DNA from: Alphaproteobacteria bacterium | GTDB taxonomy: Bacteria; Pseudomonadota; Alphaproteobacteria; UBA8366; CAVOAK01 | Direction of reading: 5' to 3' | Assembly: GCA_965217615.1 (NCBI GenBank) | Contig: CBDCIT010000047.1 | Location: forward strand, 65,522 to 129,521 | Length of the DNA stretch: 64,000 bases | Shown: positions 51,126-61,294 of the stretch, one piece after another | How the letters are laid out: each line of letters starts with the position of its first letter | Position numbering within the stretch: position 1 is the stretch's first letter | The notes under the pieces: generated by a model | What the model saw: the letters and a program-made list of their open reading frames with translations, nothing else | The model's database searches: none | Told to the model about the DNA's origin: nothing | Position numbers and translations under genes: made by a program

Positions 51126-52171
51126 AACTGGGCTTTCCGAGGATCGAAAGCGTCGCGTACGGCCTCGCCGATGAAGACCAGCAACGACAGCATAATGGCG
51201 ATAACGAAGAAACCTGCCATGCCAAGCCAGGGGGCTTGCAGGTTGTCCTTGCCCTGTTTCAGGAGCTCGCCTAGCGATGCTGAGCCGGGGGGCAGGCCGA
51301 AGCCCAAAAAGTCGAGCGCCGTCAGGATCACGACCGAACCCGAAGTGATGAATGGCAGGAAGGTAATGGTCGCCACCATAGCGTTCGGCAGTACGTGGCG
51401 GGCCATAATTAGCGCATTTGAGATGCCGAGCGCTCGTGCCGCCTTGACATAGTCGAAGTTTCGCGCGCGCAGGAATTCGGCGCGTACGACGCCGACCAGT
51501 GCGGTCCAACTGAACAAGAGCAGCAGACCGAGAAGCCACCAGAAATTGGGTTCGACCACCGAAGCGAGAATGATCAGCATAAACAACACCGGCATGCCAG
51601 ACCAAATCTCGATTATGCGCTGGGCGAAGAGATCGATCAGTCCGCCAAAGTAGCCTTGAATAGCGCCTGCTGCGACGCCGATCACGGAACTCAACACCGT
51701 TAATGTGAGGCCGAACAGCACCGATATGCGGAAGCCATAGATCAATCGCGCCACCACGTCGCGGGCCTGGTCGTCGGTACCAAGTAGATTCTGCATCGAC
51801 GGTGGCGCCGGCGCGGGTACAGACAGTGATGTGATATGCGTGTCGTAGCGGTAGGGGATGGGCGTGTGAAGAATCCATCCCTTGGCTTCGATCAGTTCTT
51901 GAACAAAGGGATCGCTGTATTCCGCCTCGGTCTCGAAGTCGCCGCCGAACACGGTTTCCGGATAGGCGACGAGAAACGGCGTGTAGATCTCGCCATCAAA
52001 ATAGACGATGAGCGGCCGGTCGTTGGCAATGAGTTCCGCAAATAATGAAGCAACCATCAGTGCGAGGAATATCCACAGCGACCAGTATCCGCGTCGATTT
52101 GCCTTGAAATTATCGATCCGCCGCCGTGTCAGAGGCGTTACTGGATGGCCGAAGAATCGGTTCTCGCTCAT
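51122..52171 (-). CDS. yejE: Peptide ABC transporter permease
   Basis: FKANRRGYWSL, LGTDDQARDV, RAEFLRARN. Confidence 0.92.
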   Translation of the reverse strand: MSENRFFGHPVTPLTRRRIDNFKANRRGYWSLWIFLALMVASLFAELIANDRPLIVYFDGEIYTPFLVAYPETVFGGDFETEAEYSDPFVQELIEAKGWILHTPIPYRYDTHITSLSVPAPAPPSMQNLLGTDDQARDVVARLIYGFRISVLFGLTLTVLSSVIGVAAGAIQGYFGGLIDLFAQRIIEIWSGMPVLFMLIILASVVEPNFWWLLGLLLLFSWTALVGVVRAEFLRARNFDYVKAARALGISNALIMARHVLPNAMVATITFLPFITSGSVVILTALDFLGFGLPPGSASLGELLKQGKDNLQAPWLGMAGFFVIAIMLSLLVFIGEAVRDAFDPRKAQL

Positions 52172-52180
52172 GGCCCGCCT

Positions 52181-53296
52181 CTAGACCTCACGTGTCTCAA
52201 AGTCGATCCGCGGGTCGACCAGCATGTATGTGATGTCGCCAATGATCCCGAGGATGAGTCCGAGCAGAGTGAAAAAGTACAGAGAGGCGAACATGATCGG
52301 ATAGTCGCGGTCGATCACGGCCTCGAAACCCAACAGCCCCAACCCATCGAGTGAAAAAATGACCTCGATCAGGAGTGCGCCGGTGAACAGGATTCCGATA
52401 AAGGCGGCGGGGAATCCGGCGATGACAATCAGCATCGCATTGCGGAACACGTGACCGTAAAGCACACGCTTCTCGGCCAGCCCTTTGGCCCGCGCGGTGA
52501 CGACATATTGCTGGTTGATCTGATCGAGGAACGAGTTTTTGGTCAACATCGTCAGTCCGGCAAATCCACCAATAACAAGCGAGATGATCGGCAAGGTGAG
52601 GTGCCAGAAATAGTCCAATATGCGCATCGGCCATGTCAGGTCCTGCCAATCGTCGGAGACGAGTCCCCGCAGCGGAAACCAGTCGAAATAGCGCCCACCT
52701 GCGAACACGACGATCAGCAGGATCGCAAACAGGAATCCTGGAATGGCGTTGCCGACGATGACGACGCCGCTGGTCCAGACATCAAACCGCGTGCCGTCGC
52801 GAACCGCCTTTGTGATGCCAAGCGGTATAGAAATGAAGTAGACGAGAAGCGTCGTCCATAAGCCAAGCGAGATCGAGACGGGAAGCTTCTCGATGACCAA
52901 ATCGACCACGTCGCGGTCGCGAAAGAAGCTTTGTCCAAAATCGAACGTGACATAGCTGCGAAGCATGATTCCGAAACGCACATGGGCGGGCTTGTCGAAG
53001 CCGAACTGCCGCTCGATCTCCTTAATGAAATCCGGGTCGAGCCCTTGTGCGCCACGATACTTGCCGGTTGTGCTGGTATCAGCTGGGCCGCTCTCGTTGC
53101 GTTCGCCTGCGCCGACTTCTGAGCCCGCACCACCGCCGATGCGCGCCGTCGCCTCCACACCGCTGCCCGTGATCTCGGCAATCAGCCGTTCGACCGGCCC
53201 GCCGGGCGCAACCTGCACAATTGCAAAATTGATGACCATGATCCCGAACAGCGTCGGGAAGACGAGCAGCAGGCGGCGGACAATGTAGGCCAGCAT
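52181..53296 (-). CDS. yejB: Peptide ABC transporter permease
   Basis: [32 protein letters not shown]. Confidence 0.92.
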   Translation of the reverse strand: MLAYIVRRLLLVFPTLFGIMVINFAIVQVAPGGPVERLIAEITGSGVEATARIGGGAGSEVGAGERNESGPADTSTTGKYRGAQGLDPDFIKEIERQFGFDKPAHVRFGIMLRSYVTFDFGQSFFRDRDVVDLVIEKLPVSISLGLWTTLLVYFISIPLGITKAVRDGTRFDVWTSGVVIVGNAIPGFLFAILLIVVFAGGRYFDWFPLRGLVSDDWQDLTWPMRILDYFWHLTLPIISLVIGGFAGLTMLTKNSFLDQINQQYVVTARAKGLAEKRVLYGHVFRNAMLIVIAGFPAAFIGILFTGALLIEVIFSLDGLGLLGFEAVIDRDYPIMFASLYFFTLLGLILGIIGDITYMLVDPRIDFETREV

Positions 53297-53332
53297 AAGT
53301 TACGCGCCGGTTGGCCCCGGGCAGGATTGCAT

Positions 53333-55186
53333 CTACTGCGTGCCTGACTTGCGTTTTGTCTCCAGCTGTGTCGATTTTTCTTCGTCGACCCACCAAGTGA
53401 AGAACTGCGCACCACGAATTGGTGTGATCTCGGGGCGGCTGAACTTGTTCCAGTAGACTAGGCGATCGTAGGGAATATGCCAATTTGGTATGACGATGTG
53501 CTGCCACTGAAGCACACGGTCGAGCGCCCGTGTATAGTCGATGAGAGAGACCCGATCCGGGGCGGAAATCAGCTTTTCGACGAGCTCGTCAATCGCGGGG
53601 TCCTTGAGGCCGGCCAGATTGCGGGTGCCGTCGCGATCGGCCGCCGCAGAGCCCCAGAAATCACGCTGCTCGTTGCCAGGTGACAGCGATTGGCCCCAGG
53701 TCGAAACCATCATATCGAATTCATACTTGTTGATCCGCTCCTGGTATTGCGCGGTATCGACAATGCGTACTTTGACGTCGACTCCGAGCCGGTCGAGATT
53801 CTGTTTGAACGGCAGGACGATACGTTCAAACAGTGGGCTTACCAGAAGAATTTCGAAGGCCATAACCTGACCTGTTTTTATGTTTGTCAGCTTGCGGTTT
53901 GCTTTGTCCACCTCCCAGCCCGCGCTACGTAGCAGGCGCTGCGCATCGCGCAAATTACCGCGGACGTTGCCGGAGCCGTCGGTCTTTGGCGGCGCATAGA
54001 CCTGGGTGAATACCTCGTCGGGGATTTGGCCACGATAGGGTCGAAGAATCTCGAGTTCCCTGCCCTTAGGCAGTCCCGTTGCCGCCAGTTCCGAATTATC
54101 GAAAAAACTGCGGGTGCGTGTGTACTGCCCGTAAAACAGCGCCCCGTTCGACCATTCGAAATCGAAAGCGTTGGCAAGCGCACGCCGCACGGTTCGATCC
54201 TGAAACAAGGGATTGCGAAGATTGAAGACAAATCCCTGCATACCCGACGAGCGATTGTGCGGCAGTTCCTCCTTGTTGATCAAACCGTCTTTGACGGCGG
54301 GAATATTATACGCGGTTGCCCAGGCCTTGGACCCGTTCTCGGCGCGAAAATCAAACTCTCCGGCCTTGAATGCCTCCTGCGCCACCGTCGCGTCGCGATA
54401 GTAGTCGTAGCGCAAGGTGCCGAAGTTGCTCGTGCCGACCTGTGTGGGGTGATCCTTGGCCCAATAATTGGCGACGCGCTCGTATGTGATGGAACGGTTG
54501 GGCTCGAAAGAGGAGATCTTGTAAGCGCCGCTACCGAGCGGCGGCTCGAGCGTCGTCTTGCTGAAATCCCGACCCTCCCAGTAATGCTTCGGGAGGATCG
54601 TCAGTTCGCCAATGATGAGCGGGAGCTCACGATTTTCGCCGCCGGTAAAGGAGAATTTGACCTTTCGCAGGCCGACCCGTTCTGGCGTGGCAACGTTCGA
54701 ATAGTAAAATCGATAGAAGGGTGCACCCTGTTCTTTGAGCGTATTGAACGACCAGATCACATCGTCGACGCTGACCGGCTTGCCGTCATGCCATCTTGCC
54801 TTGGGGTCGAGCGTAAAGATGATCCACGAGCGGTCATCCGGCACTTCCACGCTCTCGGCGACGTGGCCGTATTTCGAAAACGCCTCGTCGGCCGAACTGG
54901 TGAGCAAGCTGTCGTAGATCAGGCCGATGCCGGCGGCGGAGCGCCCCCTGACAATGAACGGATTGAAACTGTCGTAGCCGCCGATTGCCGCCAGGCGTAC
55001 CTCGCCGCCCTTTGGCGCATCCGGGTTGACATAGTCATAGTGCGTGAAGTCGGGCCCGTATTTCAGGTCGCCATGCATGGCGATGCCGTGCGCTGGCGTG
55101 ACTTGTTGCGCAGCAACCGGCGACGAGATGCCCAGCAGGACGCCGATCGCCAGGGCAACATGAGCCATCCGTATCATCGATGCCAT
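53333..55186 (-). CDS. yejA: Peptide ABC transporter substrate-binding protein
   Basis: HGIAMHGDLKY, YVNPDAPKGG, SLSPGNEQRDFW. Confidence 0.92.
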   Translation of the reverse strand: MASMIRMAHVALAIGVLLGISSPVAAQQVTPAHGIAMHGDLKYGPDFTHYDYVNPDAPKGGEVRLAAIGGYDSFNPFIVRGRSAAGIGLIYDSLLTSSADEAFSKYGHVAESVEVPDDRSWIIFTLDPKARWHDGKPVSVDDVIWSFNTLKEQGAPFYRFYYSNVATPERVGLRKVKFSFTGGENRELPLIIGELTILPKHYWEGRDFSKTTLEPPLGSGAYKISSFEPNRSITYERVANYWAKDHPTQVGTSNFGTLRYDYYRDATVAQEAFKAGEFDFRAENGSKAWATAYNIPAVKDGLINKEELPHNRSSGMQGFVFNLRNPLFQDRTVRRALANAFDFEWSNGALFYGQYTRTRSFFDNSELAATGLPKGRELEILRPYRGQIPDEVFTQVYAPPKTDGSGNVRGNLRDAQRLLRSAGWEVDKANRKLTNIKTGQVMAFEILLVSPLFERIVLPFKQNLDRLGVDVKVRIVDTAQYQERINKYEFDMMVSTWGQSLSPGNEQRDFWGSAAADRDGTRNLAGLKDPAIDELVEKLISAPDRVSLIDYTRALDRVLQWQHIVIPNWHIPYDRLVYWNKFSRPEITPIRGAQFFTWWVDEEKSTQLETKRKSGTQ

Positions 55187-55435
55187 CCAGTCTTGTTTTG
55201 CTCATCGCCAGTCTACCCGAATTCATCGGAGGCGTAACATGCTCGGCGGCGAATTGACGGATGCGTGATCGGGGCACCTCCTGATCGCCGAAGGCGTTGC
55301 CGAAGCAACATTGTGAAACTCGACCTGACTCCTGCCGCTATGACTGCTGTTCGTGCCTAAATCCAGCACAGGAAGTCGATTACGCTCGTTGGAGGAAGCA
55401 AGGGGTACCGGTGTGCCTAGGACGGCACACGCGAT

Positions 55436-55459
55436 CCCTCCCGTCTGATGGCGGGAGGG
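55436..55459 (-). terminator. Hairpin downstream of the 55468 gene
   Basis: CCCTCCCGTC-TGAT-GGCGGGAGGG, preceded by GTGTGCC-N6-GGCACAC; no clear U-tract. Confidence 0.4.
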
Positions 55460-55467
55460 GCCGGTCG

Positions 55468-55854
55468 TTACGAGACTTGCCCGACGACGGGCTGCGCAAG
55501 GTCCATCCAGGTTTCGCCCGCGCCGACCACGCAGCTTATGCCGTTTGGCATGGTCAGAAGGATTGTCCAGGTCGATTGGTCGTCCGTCGTGAACACCTCG
55601 AGCAAGCCACCGTTGTTGGCGAGACCCATAGCGCTCTGCGCCTCATGGGCGCGCTGTCCCAGATACTCCACAAGTTCGGTGCGCTGGAAGCACTCTTGCT
55701 CGGCTGCGATCGCCGGCCTATTCAGAAATGCTACGCCAATCAAGAGCAGCGAGGCGACGCCGATCGGCACAGTGAATCGGCCGAGCGTCGCAATCCACGA
55801 TGCGATACGCAGGTCGCCCAGTGTCAAAATTTGGGGTGCTGTCTGGGTCGTCAT
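55468..55854 (-). CDS. Hypothetical exported protein with two Cys
   Basis: RBS AAGGAG; hydrophobic signal; C..R...L, GLLEVF, TWTILLT.PNG.SCVV..GE.W. Confidence 0.7.
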   Translation of the reverse strand: MTTQTAPQILTLGDLRIASWIATLGRFTVPIGVASLLLIGVAFLNRPAIAAEQECFQRTELVEYLGQRAHEAQSAMGLANNGGLLEVFTTDDQSTWTILLTMPNGISCVVGAGETWMDLAQPVVGQVS

Positions 55855-55959
55855 ATCTCGGTCTCCTTGCCTTTGACCCGATTCACGAAGACGCTGTTGT
55901 CGGGTGTGTTCGGACATTTGGGCGGCGAAATTTGCCGCCGCTCAACTCATATGGGGATG

Positions 55960-56000
55960 TAGAACGAGCGTTCAAGAATTTTATTGGAACAATCGATCAA
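55960..56000. promoter_or_regulatory. Two tandem TetR-type operator palindromes
   Basis: TAGAACGAGCGTTCAA (55960-55975) and TGGAACAATCGATCAA (55985-56000). Confidence 0.55.
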
Positions 56001-56110
56001 GAAAGAGTGATAGACTATAACGCGTTGTATTGTATATTTTTGAGTCGGTATAGAGAGCCCGGCAGGGTGGATGCATCAGGTCCAGGGGTCGCGGGTCATC
56101 GAAGACGGAG

Positions 56111-56692
56111 TTAATCCAGTACTGAGAGGGTCACGCTGACGATATCGCGCAACTGGCCTGCGTCATCGGCCGTTCGCGCCATGACACGCAGACCTTTGAG
56201 ACTGCTGTTGAGATAGCGGGCAAGCGCAACCGGGTCGTGTGCTTCACCCAGTTCTCCAGTCGCTTTGGCACGAACCAGCGCGTTGTGCAGCTTGGCCTCG
56301 TCGCGCTTTACCGCGCAAGTGATCAGGTTTCGTGCCGTGTCGTCGAGCACCGCCAATTCGACCGCGACATTGTCGATCAGGCATCCGCGCATGTCGTGTG
56401 CGGTCGCGCTGCGTTCGACGACCTCGTCGAACAATTGGCGGATCGCGGGCTTGATCGGCCCGGGCTCGTCCAACGCGCCAAAAGCCCTCGCGATCTCTTT
56501 AGCGCAATAGTGGTCGAGCACCTCGAGATGAAGCGCCCGCTTGTCGCCGAACGTCGCATACAGGCTGCCGCGGTTGACGCCCATCGCTTCGACGAGATTT
56601 TGGATCGACGTCGCCTCGTAGCCCTTGGCCCAGAACAGGTCCATGGCCTTTTCGAGCGCCGTATTGCGGTCGAATTCCTTATGCCGAGACAT
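56111..56692 (-). CDS. TetR/AcrR-family regulator (NemR/ComR-like)
   Basis: AMDLFWAKGYEATS...GVNRGSLYATFGDK, RGCL. Confidence 0.93.
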   Translation of the reverse strand: MSRHKEFDRNTALEKAMDLFWAKGYEATSIQNLVEAMGVNRGSLYATFGDKRALHLEVLDHYCAKEIARAFGALDEPGPIKPAIRQLFDEVVERSATAHDMRGCLIDNVAVELAVLDDTARNLITCAVKRDEAKLHNALVRAKATGELGEAHDPVALARYLNSSLKGLRVMARTADDAGQLRDIVSVTLSVLD

Positions 56693-56738
56693 CCACACTC
56701 CGTTCGTAAATGGCGTCGTACCAAAAGAGATTGGTTTT

Positions 56739-56754
56739 TGGAACGGTTATTCCA
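56739..56754. promoter_or_regulatory. Putative TetR autoregulatory operator
   Basis: TGGAACGGTTATTCCA, same pattern as 55960-56000, just upstream of tetR. Confidence 0.55.
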
Positions 56755-56814
56755 GTAAATTCGGCGTGAGCCGCGCATTCAGCGAGCGCAGCAGAGCGAC
56801 GTTGGTGTCCAAAG

Positions 56815-57190
56815 CTATCGCGTCAGGATGGCGATGGCTTGCGCGTGAAGCGCCTCGGAACAGGCGGCGATGACCCGGCCATCAGAGTCCAAGGAGAGCG
56901 GATCTCCACGCCAGTCGGTCATGACCCCGTTCGCGCCCGTGACGACCGGTACAAGAGCCGCATAGTCGTAAGGTTTAAGCGCCGCCTCGACGACGAGGTG
57001 GATGTGGCCTGAAGCAAGCAGGCCATATGAATAGCAGTCGCCACCGTAGCGGCAAAACCGTGTCGCCGCTGACAGTCGGGCAAAGACCGTCAAGTCGGCG
57101 GAAGTGGCGTGCGATGATACCGCGCGCGACATCGCCGGCGCGCTCGGCGAGCGTGAGAAATTCGTTGGGACAAACGTCGAACGGCAGCAC
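56815..57190 (-). pseudogene. hisN: Histidinol-phosphatase / inositol monophosphatase family remnant with large internal deletion
   Basis: N-terminal EFLTLAERAGDVARGIIARHFR joined out of frame near 57090 to C-terminal RYGGDCYSYGLLASG...LKPYDYAALVPVV...TDWRG; the central DPIDGT region is absent. Confidence 0.75.
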
Positions 57191-57234
57191 AGCTTCGCGC
57201 CTCCAGCGGCGCTACCGCCGGTCACGCCGCGGGG

Positions 57235-57780
57235 TCACGGCAACGGTGGGGGATTGGCACTCAGCGAACGGATATAGGCGATAACGTCTGCGCGCCTCTT
57301 GGCCGCCTTGATGCCGGCATATGTCATTTTCGTGCCCGGGATGAACACTTTCGGTTTGAACAGGAATTTGTTCAACGACTCATAGTCCCAAGTTCCATCC
57401 ATCTTCCTAAACGCCGACGAATACTTAAATCCCTCGGTGCTTGCCATGGCACTGCCGACGACATTCCAGAGGTTGGGTCCCACCTTGTTGGCGCCACCAT
57501 CATTCGGGGTGTGGCATGCCGCACATGCCTTGAACAGTTTCTCGCCGCGCGCCGCATCGGCAGAAGCGAGAAGTGGGGCGATCGGCTTGGGACCAGCCGG
57601 TGCGGCATCCGCTTTCGCCGTAGCCGCGGCAACATCGCCGCCGCCAATGGGGAAGGCTTGCGTTTCAAGGGTTGTGTGCTGAATGAGCTGCTTGGCGGCA
57701 AATCCGGACCCCATTGCTAGCAAACCCGCCGCGAGGATTGCGCCGACGATCTTGTTCAAAAAGAGCGGATCGTCCCTCAT
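57235..57780 (-). CDS. Membrane-anchored class I cytochrome c (CycM-like)
   Basis: N-terminal TM helix, CAACH, KVGPNL, PGTKM. Confidence 0.93.
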   Translation of the reverse strand: MRDDPLFLNKIVGAILAAGLLAMGSGFAAKQLIQHTTLETQAFPIGGGDVAAATAKADAAPAGPKPIAPLLASADAARGEKLFKACAACHTPNDGGANKVGPNLWNVVGSAMASTEGFKYSSAFRKMDGTWDYESLNKFLFKPKVFIPGTKMTYAGIKAAKRRADVIAYIRSLSANPPPLP

Positions 57781-58041
57781 AGTGTCGCTCCTGCACGAGT
57801 AGCTCAGTGCGCGCCTTTGGGATCATTGACGGACAGTTAGCCTGCCGTTTATTCGTTCTGCAGCGCGCGTTGGCGGTATATGCTTTGGCCAACCGCAAAT
57901 CAAGGGTCAAATCAGTCGGCGTACTGACGAACCAAGACCCCAGTTGTATCGTTCGGCATCGCGCGGCGTCTATCGGGGCTTGGGTTTGCCACCATTATGC
58001 TGATTGACGACCGATCAAACCCCAAGGCGAACTGAGATCCG

Positions 58042-58797
58042 ATGGCTGAGTCTGACCGCCGACAACCAGCCAAGCCAATTGTCATTATTCCGGCCCGGCT
58101 GGCATCGACCCGGTTGCCCGATAAACCGCTGGCGGATATTCACGGTACGCCAATGATCGTCCATGTTTGGCGCCGGGCGATTGAAGCGGACGTAGGACCA
58201 GTTGTCGTCGCGGCCGCCGATACAGCGATTGCCGAAGCGATCGTATCGGCTGGCGGCGAGGCCGTCATGACAGACTCGGCGCATCCCTCAGGCTCAGATC
58301 GAGTCTTTGAGGCACTGGGCCGTGTTGACCCGGATGCGCGGCACGACGCCGTAATAAATCTCCAAGGCGACCAGCCAACAATCGAGCCGGCATCGTTGCA
58401 GAATGTAACCGCCCTCCTGTCGGATGAGGCGGTGGATATCGGCACCCTGGCCGCCGTCTTACTGAACGATGAGGAACGCAACGATCCCAACGTGGTGAAG
58501 GCTGTTGTTACAATTATGCCGAAGGTAAACTGCGGACGCGCTCGTAACTTTGCGCGAAATGTCGCGCTGTCGGATCAAGGATCGGTTTACCGACATATTG
58601 GAATTTACGCCTATCGCCGCGACGCGTTGACACGCTTGGCAAAACTGCCGCCGAGCGTGCGGGAACGAAGTGAACGGTTAGAGCAACTGCGGGCGCTGGA
58701 AGCCGGTATGAGAATAGATGTAGCACTCATCGAGACAGCATCCCGTGATGTCGATACGGAAGCTGACTTAAATCGGGCAAGGACGCAGTTGGCATAG
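58042..58797 (+). CDS. kdsB: 3-deoxy-manno-octulosonate cytidylyltransferase
   Basis: IIPARLASTRLPDKPL, SGSDR, NLQGD, HIGIYAY, ERLEQLRALE. Confidence 0.95.
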   Translation: MAESDRRQPAKPIVIIPARLASTRLPDKPLADIHGTPMIVHVWRRAIEADVGPVVVAAADTAIAEAIVSAGGEAVMTDSAHPSGSDRVFEALGRVDPDARHDAVINLQGDQPTIEPASLQNVTALLSDEAVDIGTLAAVLLNDEERNDPNVVKAVVTIMPKVNCGRARNFARNVALSDQGSVYRHIGIYAYRRDALTRLAKLPPSVRERSERLEQLRALEAGMRIDVALIETASRDVDTEADLNRARTQLA

Positions 58798-58899
58798 CGT
58801 CGTTATCCACAAGCCGGCTTAATAGGTATATGATATTTTCTATTACCTATTGTTATAAAATGATATAGTAACATAAGAGTTACGCGCAAGACTCACGAC

Positions 58900-60063
58900 A
58901 TGGCCTATATGGACATAGCAGAGCGCATAAAGCAGGCAAGAAAGACCGCTGGTCTGACACAGGCGGAGCTCGCGGTGGCTGTCGACGTATCCCAACCAAC
59001 GGTCAACGGTTGGGAGCGTGGTGCGTTTGTACCGGCGCGCGACCGTGTCGACCAGATTGCCGGGGCGACCGATACAAGCCGGCAATGGCTCGAATTCGGG
59101 GAGGAAGCTGCGGTTCCGGCGGACCCAGCAGTGGGAGATCCGGAGCCGCGATCCGCGACGGCGTCCGCCGAAATTACGTCCACGGCCGGTGCGGATTCCC
59201 AGTCCAGCGTGCCGCCGCCGTCCGCTGGCGAGAGCATCGCTTTTCAGGGGTTCGAGGGTGCTTATTCGCATCTTGCTTGTCGCCAGGTCTATCCGCACAC
59301 AACCGCACTGCCCTGCCGCACGTTCGAGGCGGCGTTTGCTGCTGTAAGTGGCGGCGAAGCGCAGTTTGCAATGATTCCCATCGAAAACTCGTTGGGCGGT
59401 CGGGTCGCCGATATCCACCATCTCCTTCCAGAGTCCAGCCTCTATATCGTCGGCGAGCATTTCCAATCCGTTCAGCATCATATGCTGGCACCCCCGGGCG
59501 CGACGCTTGAGGGATTGCGGACCGTGCATAGCCACGTTCAGGCGCTGGCGCAGTGCCGCGACGTTATTCGTGAGCTCGGATTGGAGGCGATCGCCCATGC
59601 CGATACAGCTGGCGCGGCCAGAGAGGTGGCCGAGGTTGGCGATCGGAGCGCCGCCGCCATCGCTTCCGAACTGGCCGGACAGACTTACGGATTACTGACG
59701 ATTCAGACGCGGATCGAGGATCGCATCGGCAATACCACCCGCTTCGTCATCATGGCGCGCCGGCGCATCGAGCCCGATCCTCGTGACGGTCGCTGCATAA
59801 CGAGTTTTGTATTCCAGGTGCGTAGCGTGCCGGCCGCTCTCTACAAGGCGCTGGGCGGCTTCGCGACGGTCGGCGTCAACATGGTCAAGCTCGAGAGCTA
59901 TATCGTCGACGCGAGCTTCACTGTGGCACAGTTCTACGCCGAGATCGAAGGCCATCCGGCACAGCGCAAAGTCGATCACGCGTTCGAGGAGCTGCAATAT
60001 TTCTGCGCCAAGCTGAAGATCTTAGGAACCTATTTAGCGAGCCCATTCCGCGACCAAGCCTAG
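58900..60063 (+). CDS. pheA: Prephenate dehydratase (PDT+ACT) with fused N-terminal XRE/Cro-C1 HTH
   Basis: RIKQARKTAGLTQAELA...VSQPTVNGWERG; linker; IAFQG..GAYSH, PIENS, NTTRF, ACT domain ALYKALGGF...KLESY. Confidence 0.92.
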   Translation: MAYMDIAERIKQARKTAGLTQAELAVAVDVSQPTVNGWERGAFVPARDRVDQIAGATDTSRQWLEFGEEAAVPADPAVGDPEPRSATASAEITSTAGADSQSSVPPPSAGESIAFQGFEGAYSHLACRQVYPHTTALPCRTFEAAFAAVSGGEAQFAMIPIENSLGGRVADIHHLLPESSLYIVGEHFQSVQHHMLAPPGATLEGLRTVHSHVQALAQCRDVIRELGLEAIAHADTAGAAREVAEVGDRSAAAIASELAGQTYGLLTIQTRIEDRIGNTTRFVIMARRRIEPDPRDGRCITSFVFQVRSVPAALYKALGGFATVGVNMVKLESYIVDASFTVAQFYAEIEGHPAQRKVDHAFEELQYFCAKLKILGTYLASPFRDQA

Positions 60064-60075
60064 ACGAACGCGTGC

Positions 60076-60972
60076 CTATCCAGCACTAAGCCAGTCGTCA
60101 ACCAGACGGCGCGCGATCGAATCCTTGCGCGGCAAGCGAAACTCCTCATTTTCGGGCGATCGCAGCAAGTCCTCTCGCCGGTACCAGCGCGCGTCTTCCA
60201 GTTCGGTGTGATCGACAATTATCCGTGTCGTGACCGCACGAGCCGTGAAACCCAGCATGATCGAGGATGGAAACGGCCAGGGCTGCGACGAATGATAGCG
60301 GATGTCGTCGATCTCGATGCCGGCTTCCTCGTAAATTTCTCTTGCGACCGCCCCTTCTAGGCTCTCGCCCGGTTCCACAAAGCCAGCAAGTACGGAGTGC
60401 ATGCCCGGCGGCCACCGGTTCTGGCGCCCCATCAGCACACGCTCGCCGTCATGAACAAGCATGATGACCGCAGGGTCGGTGCGCGGAAAGCACGACACGC
60501 CACAATCCGGATTACTACACACTCGCAGGTGGCCAGCGTGTCGGCTGAGGGTCGGCGCACCGCACTCACCGCAAAAGCGATGACGGACGTGCCAGTAGAC
60601 AATACCGCGCGCATAGGCAAGCAAAGTGCCCGCCTGGTGCGACAAGATGGCCCCGACGGCCCTCAAATCTCTGAATACACCTACGTCGCTGAGCGGCGGC
60701 TCCAATTGATTGGAGTAGTCGAGCGCAAAATAGACCGTTCCATTCGCGAGCCCCAATAGAACGACTTCATCCGCTGCTTCCGCTGCTGCGTCGCCGGATT
60801 CCAAGAACACCGGCTGCTGCTCGTCGTTCGTTGCGAACAGGTTATGCATCCGCCAAACTGGCGCGAAACGACTGGTTGGATCTGCGAGCCGTTCGGCGAG
60901 CCAGACGTCGTCGTTTCGCAAGTGGGTCGCGCGATCTATGCCGCCGGACGCGTAGTAGTTGGCCGATTTCAT
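60076..60972 (-). CDS. nudC: NADH pyrophosphatase
   Basis: Zn ribbon CGEC...C...C, FPRTDPAVI, Nudix box, SQPWPFPSS. Confidence 0.95.
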   Translation of the reverse strand: MKSANYYASGGIDRATHLRNDDVWLAERLADPTSRFAPVWRMHNLFATNDEQQPVFLESGDAAAEAADEVVLLGLANGTVYFALDYSNQLEPPLSDVGVFRDLRAVGAILSHQAGTLLAYARGIVYWHVRHRFCGECGAPTLSRHAGHLRVCSNPDCGVSCFPRTDPAVIMLVHDGERVLMGRQNRWPPGMHSVLAGFVEPGESLEGAVAREIYEEAGIEIDDIRYHSSQPWPFPSSIMLGFTARAVTTRIIVDHTELEDARWYRREDLLRSPENEEFRLPRKDSIARRLVDDWLSAG

Positions 60973-61153
60973 GCACCGAAACTCCCACGGTTGCGGCAGA
61001 GCGCGCAATCACCGTTTTTTTGGCTAGGCCTGCTGAGTCAATCGATGGCCGATCGGCACGCGGTCCAGAATTCGCCTATTTTGGGTGCGATGCGTGCACC
61101 AATCCCGTCTCCGTTCTTGCCCAGAGGTCCCGAAGTCCTGATATACTGAACTC

Positions 61154-61251
61154 GGAAGGCTGGCTTGCGGATGGGCCGCTCGCCAAACCGGTCAGGTCCG
61201 GAAGGAAGCAGCCGTAACGAGATTTGGCCCGGGTCGTCTGTCCGGTCTTCC
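61154..61251 (+). ncRNA. ffs: Signal recognition particle 4.5S RNA
   Basis: Conserved GTCAGGTCCGGAAGGAAGCAGC; complementary ends GGAAGG/TCTTCC; upstream of dnaX. Confidence 0.93.
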
Positions 61252-61294
61252 ACTCTTCGGTTTCAAGGCACCCAATGGCGAAGCACCACTGCTG

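Noticed and set aside
51126..51878. Long N-terminal extension of the 793-aa yejF ORF
   Set aside because: It overlaps yejE in another frame and has no domain features; the real start is 51125.
54026..55237. 403-aa + strand ORF and similar antisense ORFs (e.g. 547-1290, 7102-7773, 41102-41842, 58843-59598)
   Set aside because: Shadow frames opposite well-supported genes in GC-rich DNA, with no motifs.
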